A model generated the notes under the pieces. The model had not been told where the DNA came from and did no database searches. It worked only from the letters and a program-made list of their open reading frames with translations. Both the position numbers and the translations under genes were made by a program. DNA of 64,000 nucleotides from Eledone cirrhosa (Eukaryota): contig OZ024742.1 of the NCBI GenBank assembly GCA_964016885.1, positions 4,092,001 to 4,156,000 of the forward strand, in the 5' to 3' direction. Shown piece after piece: positions 14,910 to 30,537 of the stretch (the first letter of the stretch is position 1; every line of letters begins with the position of its first letter).

Positions 14910-15325
14910 GGTGTGAGGGGGTGAAGCATACTAGTGTGTGGGATGGGTGGTGTTTGTGGGGGGGGGGGGGTGAAGTGTGTGGTGTGTGGAGTATGTGGTG
15001 GGGGGGGGGGGGGTGAAGTGTGAGGGGAGTGTGTGCATGTGGCGTGCGTGTGGTGTGTGTGTGTTGTGTGTGTTGAGTGTGTGTGTGGAGTGTGTGGAGT
15101 GTGTGTCGAATGTGTGTGGTGTGGGTGTGGGGTGTGGAGTGTGGGTGAGTGTGGAGTGTGTGTGTGTGGAGTGTGTGTATGCGGAGTGTGTATGATGTGT
15201 GGGACGGGACTGGGGTTCCTGGTGTGTGTGTTTCTGTGCGTTTGTGTGTGTTTGTGGTGTGTGTGTATTTGTGTGTGCTTGCGTGTATGTGTGTGTGGTG
15301 TGTGTTTGTATGTGCGTGTGTAGTG
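14910..15325. repeat. GT-rich low-complexity tract with long G runs
   Basis: (GT)n mosaic with G runs near 14957-15013. Confidence 0.9.
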
Positions 15326-15744
15326 TGAGAAGTATAAGAAACATTACCATAAGTCGGAAGCATAAACTAACTATGGCACCCATCTAGCTATAAATTATAA
15401 ATTATTCATATGAAATGCAAGTAACTGTGACTTTGAAGGGTGATCGGCAGAGCTCTTGGGGCAGTGTTTAAATTACCAAAGCTAATAAAACTTCGAAGTC
15501 ACAGTCACTCAATATTTCCAGCTAATGCGATGTGAGAATGTAAACAAACATATTTTGATTTTGACATAGCATATATATTTTTTGCAACATTGATGAGTTA
15601 TTTAAAGCAGACCAATACAATAATGATAGGCTTTAAAACAAGAAGAAGCTAATAAAAATAATTCATAGCAAGAATCCAAAATACAATAACATCAAACCGA
15701 AACAATGTTTAGTCTCGGTTTATTTTACGTCACGGATTTACTTG

Positions 15745-16011
15745 TATGTATACATACATATACATACATATATATATACATATATACGCATGCATATATA
15801 TATATATATATACATATATACACATATATATATACATATACATACATACATACATACATATACATACATATACATACACACATATACATACATATACATA
15901 AATAAAAATAAATATACATACATATACATACATACATATAGATACATACATACATATACATACATATACATGCATACATATACATACATGCATATACATA
16001 CATATACATAC

Positions 16012-16043
<32 letters not shown>

Positions 16044-16212
16044 ATACATATACATACATACATACATATACATACATATATATACATACATATACATGCA
16101 TACATATACATACATACATATACATACATACATATACATAAATATATACATGAATACACGCATACATACATAAATAAATACACACACAGAGACATACATA
16201 TATACATATATA
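15745..16212. repeat. (TA)n/(TACA)n microsatellite mosaic
   Basis: Direct reading. Confidence 0.95.
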
Positions 16213-16805
16213 TGGTGGCTGCCAACTCGTTTTCGAGTACTGCCACTACTTTATATCCATGTAGGAGAACCCCTACCGATGCGCTGAACGAATGTGACTT
16301 TTTAGTCCAGCCAGCGACTTGAAAACTCTGGTACAAAGACTACACTTGTGACCATTATTGACACATAGTGCAGGGCCCATGGTACCATGTGATGACAAGT
16401 GCAGAGAGATCTCCAGATATAAAGCAATGCCTGTGCTGTGAAGCTTTTATAGTGAGCAAAGGCACTGCACAAAGCCAGTCCCACTCTCTTAACCAAGATG
16501 ATATTTACCAAAAAGAAGAACAAGTCAACATCATTGGATACCATCAGGGTTGCAGGTGTTATATCAGAGTTTTCCTTCTCCTAGAATTCTGCCTTGACAA
16601 AGGCCAAGGGGTCATCTCTCCCGGTGATTTTGGATGGCTATTGACTCTTAAGAGCTCCCTTGCCCTTTGACAGGTTTTGTTTTTAGTCCTGCAGGATGTC
16701 CAAAGTCACCCTCCTCACCAAGAAACCTTGGTGGGGTTGCCAGTTTAGTCGCCAACGACCCGACCATGAGACAGGTTGTACTGGGATACATGTTACCAGT
16801 AGCAC
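16211..16805 (-). mobile_element. Internally deleted RTE-clade LINE (5' UTR and endonuclease start joined to the 3' zinc-finger end)
   Basis: Minus strand: RTE-like 5' UTR (GGTCGGGTCGTTGGCGACTAAACTGGCAACCCCACC), then a degenerate AP-endonuclease-like stretch (DLFFF...RVGLAL), then HKCSLCTRVFKSLAGLKSHIRSAHR* (C2H2), ending GCCACCATA in a microsatellite. Confidence 0.7.
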
Positions 16806-17923
16806 ATATATATACATATATACATACACACATGCATAGATACACACATACACACATACACACACGTGTGCGTATCCACGTAGAATATTCTGTTATAAAA
16901 TGTATATAAAATATCTAGAAATAGATGAAATGAGCTCTGATGGAAAATAACAGTGAACACTGATTATAAATCGCCGCCAGTTTGTTTTAGATTTTTACGA
17001 CAGGGATTTGCAAGCTTAAAATGTGTCTCTACAGAATTGGTTTACGGTAAAATAGTGTATTTTACATAACTGTTCGGTTACATAAAGAAATACAATTATT
17101 TACATAGAGATGTATCGTTGAAGGCATGATTAATGTAAAACTATGCTAAGATTGATGTGTCTCTATGGATGAAAAAATAAAATGAAATAATATTTATATA
17201 AAAAAATAACAACACAGCAATATAAGAAAATAAGAAACATCAGTAAAGCATCATATATAACGCACCTGTGCATTACAACATCCTGCTTGGACTTCTGACA
17301 GAAATACATTACGGTAGCTGCATACTATGAACGTCGGTTGTATGATCAACATTGTTATTATCATTATCATTCCCATCATTCTCTTTATTATCATTTCCAT
17401 CATTCTCATCATCATCCTCATCATAATAAACGACATCACTGTTACCATCAGTATAATATATAATCACCTACATCATGATCGTTAACATCTGGTTGGATGA
17501 AGACACTTTGGGGAAGACGGCAATAAGTGTAACAATAGTGTAAAGGGTAACTACGCAACCGGCATCTGACGAATGGTGGTTTCGATTCTTCACTGGCGTC
17601 TATTCGTCTTTACGCACCCCTGGCTAATTTACTCGTTTTCCAAATTTATTTATAATGATTTACTATAAATATAGACATTTACGTTGAAACGACTACAGCT
17701 TACAGCATTTCAAAAACCTCTGTAAGGCTAAAGATCGCGGAGTATGGTAAGTCGTAGGTAAACTGAGTGATTAAGGAAGCCACCCATATAGAAGAAATAA
17801 AACTTAGCCTCAATAGAAGACAGAAGTGCATACATAAATATCGACTAGTATAGAGATATGAATGACTGTATGTAAATGTATATCTGCATATCTGTATGCA
17901 AAAGTATATCTGCGTATATGTGC

Positions 17924-17974
<51 letters not shown>

Positions 17975-18134
17975 AATGTTGTAGCAGATGGTGGTGTACT
18001 GCATACAGGACAGTGAGAAGTCTTTTTTTCTGTGTTAGTCATGTGATGTGCTGTCTGTCATTTCCATTTAGTCACGTGACACATGATGGTTGCTGGAAGC
18101 GACTCCTTTCTTTTTCTCCGCCATTGTCTTTCGC

Positions 18135-18250
<116 letters not shown>

Positions 18251-18835
18251 CTTCCTCGCTCCCACTCACTCTTTCCGTGTGTGTGTCTCTGTGTGTGTGT
18301 CGGTCTGTGTGTGTGCCGGTCTGTATGTATGTGTGCCTGTGTACGTGTGTATCGTTAAATGTTAAAATGGTGTTTGAGCGGATATGGAAAGGATGTTATA
18401 TCGTTTTGTAGGAAGTTACTCGGTTATTATTGATTTTCAAAAGGTATTAGTATTTGTAGAAACATCTCTCTTCCCTGGACGCTATTATTATTCACATTTG
18501 ATTTTCTTTTGTCTTTCTTCTTCTCTAATTCCATTTGACACGAATTTAGCTGAGGATAAATCACTTAACCTTGCCCCAATCCTTCAAGTTGAACACATGC
18601 ACATAAGTTTATTGTATGTCTTAACACGAAACCATATATTTGGGGCAACATTATTTTTATCATTATTATCCAAAAAATTGAAACCATTATCATTATTTCT
18701 TAAATTTGATATTATCATCGTCATTATTGTAGAAATTCCAAACTATTTTTATTGTCATTCCCATACAAATTTGAAATTGATATCATCATAATCATTATCA
18801 TAATCATTATTATCATTATTAACATTATTATTATT

Positions 18836-19290
18836 ATTTCTTAGATATTTAATGCTAGTTTCTTCTGCACCACCTGGTGCACCATAGTTTTCTGATGTGT
18901 GTATAGGGATGTGTGTGTGTATGTGTGTGCGTGTGAGTATGTGTGTATGCATGTGTGCATGTGTGTGACATTGTTTTGGGTTGATAGAAATACGGTGTCC
19001 TCATGTTAGTGTTGTGTATCAGCCATTTTCTTACTATTATAAAATTTAGCTTGTAGTTTTTGTGCTATTTAGTATTTATCCTGTCGTGTAGTGTGTGTGG
19101 TGTGTGTGTAATATGTGTTAAGAGATGTATTAATCTTGTAGAGTACATGCTGTGTGAGTTGTGGTATTCTGAGATGTTTATTGCATCGGATGTGGGCTTT
19201 CTGTGGAACATGTTCAATTTGAGCTGTGTTTGTTGAATTGATAATGTCTTGCTCAGACCGTGTGCTGTTCCTAGCAAAGTTTTAGTTTTT
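18836..19290 (-). mobile_element. 3' end of an R4/Dong-like non-LTR retrotransposon
   Basis: Minus-strand TLLGTAHGLSKTLSIQ resembles the R4/Dong C-terminal LLGTAxILRxxL motif. The 3' UTR ends in (TAA)n, the usual Dong target. Confidence 0.65.
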
Positions 19291-19401
19291 TGGGGTCGTT
19301 GGAATGAGGATAAGGGGAATGTCTGCAGAGTGGTGAGCTACGGAATGATCTTATGTTTATTAATATTATTATTATCAGCATCATTATCATCATCGTCATT
19401 A

Positions 19402-19555
19402 GGGCAGTGATTTACAGTATCGGTAGCACGTCGGACACCATAGTGTGGCATAGAGTTAACGTTGCGTTTCATCCTTAAAGGGTTGATAAAATAAAGTACC
19501 AGTAATATACTGGGGTCGATTAATGGTTGGCCTTGTACCAAAATCAGAAACTATT
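19402..19555 (+). mobile_element. SINE family A copy (internally deleted)
   Basis: TTTCATCCTTAAAGGGTTGATAAAATAAAGTACCAG and tail GGCCTTGTACCAAAATCAGAAAC. Confidence 0.75.
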
Positions 19556-19580
19556 ATTATTTTTATCAATATCATCATTA

Positions 19581-19805
19581 TGGCACTGGATTGGCAGCAT
19601 CAATAGAGCGTCGGAAAATATATTTCGTGATATATTTTCGTCCCTTTATGTTCTGAGTTCAAATCCCGCCGGGTTTAGCTTTACCTTTCATCCTTATCCG
19701 TGTCGATAAAATAAAGTACCAGTAACGTACTGGGGTAGATTTAATTGACTCTTCCCTATTTTTATCCTCATTACTTGTTGGCCTTGTGCCTAAATCAGAA
19801 ATCAT
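19581..19805 (+). mobile_element. SINE family A copy
   Basis: B-box GAGTTCAAATCCC, GTCGATAAAATAAAGTACCAG, tail GGCCTTGTGCCTAAATCAGAAA. Confidence 0.85.
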
Positions 19806-20222
19806 TATTTAGAATTATTCTTCCATCAGTTACTGGTTCTTGCTACAGTTGTGCCGAATTCGTCAGTAATGTTTTATATCTACATTACTGTCCAATCTCC
19901 GTTAATTCAACAAGTTTTCTTTTGTAGGATAAAAAATATTCAGTTTGTTATATAATTCCACTTTCTCAAATACGTTAATTCATTCCACTCAACTATCAAA
20001 TATAGAACCTAACTAGTCTAGAGTCAGTAGGGTGAAAATTGAGAATGATAAGGGTTTAATTAAATTGATATTTATAGTAATGGTCATTTCTTGATAGGTG
20101 ATATATACATTTCATTCAGGTCCCTTCCTACTGGGCATCATCAGAGTTTTATATCAATCATAAATTAAAGCTCCTAGAGTATTGAATGTATAGGATTATG
20201 AAAACATTATTTAGAAATATTG

Positions 20223-20399
20223 AGGGTGGTGGTTTGGCAGTAACGGTAGAGGGTCAGACAACAGGCTTTGCAGCCCTTTTCTGATCTGAGTTCAAATCCT
20301 GCCGAGGTTAACTTTGCCTTTCATCCTTACAGGGTTGATAAAATAAAGTACCAGTAATGTAATGAGATAATTGCTGGCCTTGTGCCAAAAGTAGAAACA
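20223..20399 (+). mobile_element. SINE family A copy with 17-bp TSD
   Basis: Same motifs. ATTATTTAGAAATATTG is duplicated at 20206-20222 and 20400-20416. Confidence 0.9.
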
Positions 20400-20517
20400 A
20401 TTATTTAGAAATATTGTTTCATAAATTACTGATTCTCGCTAAGAAAAATATCAAACGTCAGCATTTCAACGATTTTCTCCTCCTTGTTGGCCTTGTTCCT
20501 AAATCAGAAACTTATTC

Positions 20518-20750
20518 GAGGTGGTGAGAGTGGCGGGTGGAGTATAGTATCGATAGTGCGTCGGACAAGATACTTTGCGGCATATAAATACGAAGCTTTA
20601 CGTTCTGTATTCAAATCCCACCGAGGTTAGCTTTGCCGTTCATCTTTACGGGGTCGATAAAATAAAGTATCAGTAATGCACTGGAACGATTTATTCAAAT
20701 TTCCCATCCCCCCAAAATTGTTGGGCATTTGCTTAAATGAAAAATCATTA
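20518..20750 (+). mobile_element. SINE family A copy
   Basis: TTCAAATCCCACCGAGGTTAGCTTTGCC...GGGGTCGATAAAATAAAGTATCAG. Confidence 0.8.
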
Positions 20751-20923
20751 TTTAAGACGGTGAGGTAATATTGAATTTACATTTGGCTATTATGTATAGT
20801 AGATCAATCAACCACACAGAGTTGATATTGGAGACGATTGAACTGAGTATCTTCTAATTAACTTATATATATTTGCGTGAAATAGAATTTTGAAGTTTAT
20901 ATATATATGTATGTATATATATA

Positions 20924-21018
<95 letters not shown>

Positions 21019-21028
21019 ATATATATAT

Positions 21029-21445
<417 letters not shown>

Positions 21446-21506
21446 GAAGTAATTCCGTCGGAAAAGTCCAGGAAAAAAGAGTGCTCTATGTAGGTAACAG
21501 AGCTTA

Positions 21507-21748
21507 ATAGTTATGTAATAAACAACATAAGGTAATTATCCCATTTACCAGTGGTTTCTTAAAAGCAAAACATTTTGCTTTCAATCATCAGAATGAAAAA
21601 ATCCTGGTGTATTTATTGATTTTGGATTCTAAAAACAAAAATGCAATCTATATGAAAGTGAGGCTGGAGAAGGAAGAAGGAAAGGAAAAATAAAATAAAA
21701 ACACACATGCAAACACACACACACACACACGCACACAATTATATACAT

Positions 21749-21789
<41 letters not shown>

Positions 21790-22419
21790 CACACATACAT
21801 GCACACACACATATACACATATATATGTGTATATATATACATACATATACACATACATACATACACACATAAATATCAACATATCCATACATACACATAC
21901 ATATATACAACCACACACATATATATACATATATATATATAAATATAAATATATATATATATATGCATACACATACACATACATAGCCATACACACAGAC
22001 ATATACATACATACATACATACATACATACATACATACATACATACATACACACAATCATACGTATATACACACGCACATACATACACATACATACACAC
22101 ATATATACATGCATACATATGCATGCACAAAAATAGAAAAATATACACACACCTCTACATATTCACACACGCAAATAAATATAAGAAAACATATATATAA
22201 TAATAAAAGACATAAAAATGAAAATAAAGACTATTATAAAGTTGACAGCGATACAGGCAACAAATAAATGAACAAACACACGTGGTAAGCAATACACACG
22301 TAAAAATACATACATACACACACTCTCACACATAAATATACATATACAAATACATAAACACATACATACGCATACACAAATACATACACACACACACACA
22401 TATACATATATACACACAC

Positions 22420-22428
<9 letters not shown>
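21507..22428 (-). repeat. Left arm of a 0.9-kb inverted repeat (PLE pseudo-LTR-like, hammerhead-bearing)
   Basis: Reverse complement of 27710-28602, including unique sequence and microsatellite order. Confidence 0.9.
21540..21597 (-). ncRNA. Type I hammerhead ribozyme, canonical core
   Basis: Minus strand: TTCATT-CTGATGA-TTGAAAGCAAAA(TG)TTTTGCTTTTAA-GAAA-CCA(C)TGG-TA-AATGGG. Stems I-III pair. Confidence 0.85.
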
Positions 22429-22489
<61 letters not shown>

Positions 22490-22646
22490 TTAATTAATTA
22501 TACTATTTATGGTTATGTATGTAATCTCGAAGTGTGTACTGCCACTCTAAATTCTGTAATGAATGTTGACCCACAATATTTGCATATGTATCGGTATGTC
22601 TCTTGGCTGAAAAGGAGGTCATATAACTGTCCATTCATTAATAAAT

Positions 22647-22693
22647 TGCTCCGAAGAATCCAAACCTCGGTTTGGAGGAAACAGCTGTAAGCA
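22647..22693 (+). ncRNA. Type I hammerhead ribozyme (U4C core variant) in a 245-bp (TA)n-flanked insert
   Basis: TGCT-CCGAAGA-ATCCAAACC(TC)GGTTTGGAG-GAAA-CAGCTG-TA-AGCA, with a palindromic stem III. Confidence 0.75.
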
Positions 22694-22731
22694 CAATAAT
22701 GTTTTGAACAGTTCTTTGATTCTTATATTTC

Positions 22732-22786
<55 letters not shown>

Positions 22787-22951
22787 TACATACATAGCCA
22801 TACAATTATACACATACAAATACGTACATATCACAAACACGCACAACCAAATACAAACACACACATATATATATATGTGTGTAAAACTCATTCTTAGATA
22901 ATTCATATGAACCTTATTTAACTCTAAAATATACATATATATATATATATT

Positions 22952-22985
<34 letters not shown>

Positions 22986-23059
22986 TATACATACACATAC
23001 ATACACATACATACTAACATACACATATATACCTACACACACATTTATACATACACATA

Positions 23060-23113
<54 letters not shown>

Positions 23114-23442
23114 TATATAACTCAATATATATATATATATGAGAAAGAACATAAATATTATAAAATAAATATTGTATATATAAAAAAAATTGGGAATACG
23201 ACAAAAAATAAATTAAAAAATATATATTTAGAAAAGGGTATAAATGCCCATAGCAGACCTAGAGCACTCAACAAGTTCCGGGAGAAAAACATCAATGAAA
23301 ATAATCATCAAATCACTATATGTAATGATACACCCTTATACATGTATACATACACACACACACACACACACACAAATATATATACATACACACACACAAA
23401 AGAAACCCCAACCACAGAAATACAAACACACATACAATTACG

Positions 23443-23487
<45 letters not shown>

Positions 23488-23488
<1 letters not shown>

Positions 23489-24760
23489 TAGGAAAAAGTC
23501 TGACCCTACGGCAGAGCTCAAGCCTTTTCTGAGGCTATTATATAAAAACACACAAAACCATTATATAAAAAATTAATATCTAAAAATAAAAAAATTATTG
23601 GTATGTGAAGGGTAAGGCAAAAAAATAGGTGGGAAAAGAGGGGGGGGGGAAATGACATAGGAAAAGGTTTAAATATAAGGGGAGATAAGGGAGAAAGAGA
23701 ATACAAGAGTACAGAAGGTGGATTCAGCAGTAAAAAAAACCGTAGTAGAAGTAAAGAGCAGGGAAGGAGTTTAAGGTGGTTGAGTTATCATAGGAATGTC
23801 AATCCAGTTACAGATCAGATGTGATTTCAGATTTGGTTTACACCGCCCTTCTCTCTAACTGTCAAAACTAATGTAGGAAGGAAATTCCTTGAACTCTTAG
23901 ATAAACATTTTCCTCCTAATCATAGATATTATAAGATATTTAATAGGAATCTAGTTAAGATCAGTTAATCTTGTTGCCCATCTATGAAGTCCAAGATCAC
24001 TAATTCAAATCATACGAGAACAAATCCAGGATGCAGTTGCAGGAAGCCGGATGAATGCCCATTGCAGGGCAAATGTAACACCAAATCTGTTGTTTATGAG
24101 GCTAAATCAACAACCAGCCAGCCAGGAGTGAGCGATATGTCGGCATGACCCAGGACAGGTTTAAAACCAGGTTTTATGCACATGTCACTTCTTTTAAGCA
24201 CTCCGATAAACGAACAACAACGGCCCTCGCAAGTAAGGTGTGGGAATTCAAGGATAAAAACATTCCGTACTCTATCGATTGGTCTATTTTAGACAATTCG
24301 AGGGAGTACCAAAGGGACATAAAGAATTGTTCTTTGTCTACCACAGAAAAATATAGGATTTTGCTAAACTTGAAAGCCACTTCTGCTTGCCTGAATTCAA
24401 AGACCGAGATCTTCAGATGTTGTCCTCATCTGAAATCACATCTGATCTGTAACTGGATTGACATTCCTATGATAACTCAACCACCTTGAACTCCTTTTCT
24501 GCTCTTTACTTCTACTACGGTTTTTTTACCTGCTGAATCCACGTTCTGTACTCTTGTATTCTCTTTCTCCCTTATCTCCCCTTATATTTAAACCTTTTCC
24601 TATGTCATTTCCCCCCCCCCCTATTTTTTTGCCTTACCCTTCACATAACAATATTTTTTTTATTTTTAGATATTAAATTTTTATATAATGGTTTTGTGTG
24701 TTTTTATATAATAGCCTCAGAAAAGGCTTGAGCTCTGCCGTAGGGTCAGAGTTTTTCCTA

Positions 24761-24761
<1 letters not shown>
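23488..24761 (+). mobile_element. 5'-truncated Penelope-like element (Neptune-like) with inverted 5' pseudo-LTR
   Basis: Inverted arms at 23488-23832 and 24428-24761, flanked by CA/TA microsatellites, enclosing a GIY-YIG remnant. Confidence 0.9.
23833..24489 (+). pseudogene. PLE Cys-linker and GIY-YIG endonuclease, disrupted
   Basis: [27 protein letters not shown]...KIS*SCCP...CSCRKPDECPLQGKC..SVVYEA, then a frameshift to FKTRFYAH...LNSKTEIFRCCPH. Confidence 0.85.
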
Positions 24762-24829
<68 letters not shown>

Positions 24830-24831
<2 letters not shown>

Positions 24832-25262
24832 CTACCTACCCTTTTAAGAAAACCCACTGTACCAATAGGAAATGTATCATATGTAAGGTGAACCCCCGGA
24901 TAAACTGTAAAACTAGAAACGTAGTCTATAGCATAAGATGTACAGAGGGTACTTGCAGAAACGTGACAACAACATACATAGGTAAGACAGCTCGTAGCAT
25001 AGGTGAAAGGATAGACCAACACTGGGGGGAACTAAAAGGACGAAAAAACGGGTCAGTACTATACGAACATGCTAGACAACAACATGACGGTAACATAGAC
25101 AACATAGAAATTAGAATAATATCTAAACATAGAAATGACCCAGCAGATAGGCAAATCAGAGAGGCCAGTGAAATAGAAATTAGAAGACCAAAGCTAAACA
25201 GAAAGAATGAATGGAATAACAACAACACCCAAACAAACAACACTGACCTAAGAGAAGTATAA
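24830..25262 (+). pseudogene. 5'-truncated PLE GIY-YIG endonuclease of a different clade (Naiad-like)
   Basis: Open frame CTNRKCIIC...NVVYSIRC...YIGKTARSIGERIDQH...SVLYEH...DPADRQIREA...LNRKNEW, starting directly after (TA)n. The clade call is from motif recall. Confidence 0.8.
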
Positions 25263-25499
25263 ATAAGTAAATAAAATAAGATAAATAAATAAATAAATAC
25301 AAACACAAGCACAATAACAACAAGCACATAAACACACACTAGTCACCCATCACACAGCAAACATAACACTATACACACACGCAAACGCATGCGCAAAGAA
25401 GACGAAATAAAATAAACAAACAAGCAAATAAATAAATAAATATATAGACAGACTGAATAAAAATGGCGTAGACATACAACACAACAGGAGGAAAATATA

Positions 25500-28672
<3,173 letters not shown>

Positions 28673-28691
28673 GTGTGTGTGTATGTGTATA

Positions 28692-29990
28692 CAGGGTGTC
28701 CATAATGTCCATTTAAAATTTAAGAAATATATTACAAAGGCAATTGATGAGATATCTTAATCTGCTTTGTTCTCTGTACTCAGTAGTTATCACAGTTTTT
28801 AATCAAACTGTATTTGTGTATTTCGGGTATCCTGTTGATGAAAGTGGTACTGTTAAATGAACCCCTAAAAAATTGCTACTCCTCAAGAAAAGACACAATA
28901 TGTGTCATGGTTTATTGAAACAAAATCGGATACGCAGACTCAGCGAAACTACAGAACTAAGTATGGAAGAGATCCACCGTCACGTCCGTCAATTCGTGTA
29001 TGGCACAAGAAATTTATGGAGATAGGGACAGTGTTGGATAAAGGGAGGAGTGGACGACCAAGAACATCTGAGGAAAACATCAATCGTATAAGACAAACCT
29101 TTCAGCGTTCTCCTACAAAGTCCATCCTTACTGCTGCCAGACAGTTACAGCTGCCACGTTCAACAAAATGTCCTACACAAGAAATTACGATAGTACACTA
29201 ACAAAGTGCAACTGTTACAGGCCCAATGATAAACCAAGACGAAAAGAGTTTGCAGTTGACAGGCTGGAACGAATTTCTAAGGATGTTTTAGTGATGAGGC
29301 AAGCTTTCATGTTTCAGGGAAACTGAACACAATGTGAGAATCTGGGGATCAGAACACCCCCATGTGACTAAGGAACTTCACCGAGATAGTCCAAAGGTGA
29401 ATGTGTGGTGTGGGATTATGTGCAATCGAATCATTGGTAGATTTTTCTTCAACGAGACATCAATTACTGCAAATGTTTACCTTGAACTTTTGACTGAATG
29501 TGTGGCACCACAACTGGATGACCTTCAACCAACAATCATTTTCCAGCAAGATCGAGCACCACCACATTGGGGACTGCATGTTCGTGGGTTCCTAAATTAA
29601 ACATTTCCAGACTGGTGGATTGGAAGGGATAGCCCAATTCCCTGACCACCTAGTTCCCCAGATATCACTCCCATGGACTTCTTTCTATGGGGTTATGTTG
29701 AAGATATCATCTATCGAACAAAGATACAAGACATCACTGATATAAAGCAAAAGATCACTGATGCTATTGTCCCCATTGATGAGGTTACGCTACAGCAAAC
29801 ATGGCAAAAAATCGAGTACCGTCTTTATGTGATTCGTACAATTAATGGTGCCCATATATAGGTGTATTAAATTAGTTTTAAAAAACTTCAATATCTTCTC
29901 CTCATTTTGTAATAATTTTCACATATTTGTCTTTTCATTTGCTTTTGTAATAATTGCTTTAAATTGTAAAGAGACTTTATGGACAGCTTC
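28692..29990 (+). mobile_element. Decayed Tc1/mariner DNA transposon, DD41D (rosa/Visitor-type) transposase pseudogene
   Basis: TA flanks. Degenerate TIRs CAGGGTGTCCATAATGTCCATTTAAAATTT / AAATTGTAAAGAGACTTTATGGACAGCTTC. Motifs RSGRPRTS, FSDEASFH, PKVNVWCG, FQQD-41 aa-PMDFFLWG, with stops and frameshifts. Confidence 0.9.
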
Positions 29991-30034
29991 TATATCTAAG
30001 AGTCTAAAGTCTGTCTTAAGCCAGAAGACTCATT

Positions 30035-30276
30035 TGGCCGGTGGTTATCCCGATTTCATGGTATGAAGCGACTGTGAGTACAAGACTTTCCACTGGACGC
30101 CAGTCCATCGCAAGGTTAAACCCCCAGCTATTGCTGGTACTCATTTTCAGCTGAGTATACTGGAGCAACGTGAAATGAAGTATTTTGCTCAAGAACACAG
30201 CATGCAACTCAGGAATCGAACCCACGACATTATGATCGTAAGTCGAACACCCTTACCACTAGGCCACGTGCCTCAC
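30035..30276 (-). mobile_element. tRNA-derived SINE, family B (CORE-like domain)
   Basis: Minus strand: GTGGCCTAGTGGTAAG (A-box), GGTTCGATTCC (B-box), TGTGTTCTTGAGCAAAATACTTCA. Confidence 0.85.
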
Positions 30277-30320
30277 CACACACACACACACGCACACACA
30301 CACACACACACACACGTGTG

Positions 30321-30377
<57 letters not shown>

Positions 30378-30415
30378 GTGTGTGTATGTGTGTGTATGTG
30401 TGTGTATATATATTG

Positions 30416-30537
30416 TGAAGGCGCGTGGCTGAGTGATTAGAGAATTGGATTCGCAATCGTGAGGTTATAAGTTCGATTCCCTGACCGGTTGATGCATTAT
30501 GTCCTTGGGCAAGACACATTATTTCCCGTTGCTCCTT
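30416..30537 (+). mobile_element. SINE family B, 5' part
   Basis: GCGTGGCTGAGTG...AGTTCGATTCCC...TGTCCTTGGGCAAGACAC. Confidence 0.75.

Noticed and set aside
20095-20150. Minus-strand CTGATGA...GAAA hammerhead candidate
   Set aside because: Stem I does not pair and stem II is poor.
30200-30490. tRNA-like sequences with A and B boxes
   Set aside because: They are SINE heads followed by SINE bodies and do not form complete cloverleaves.
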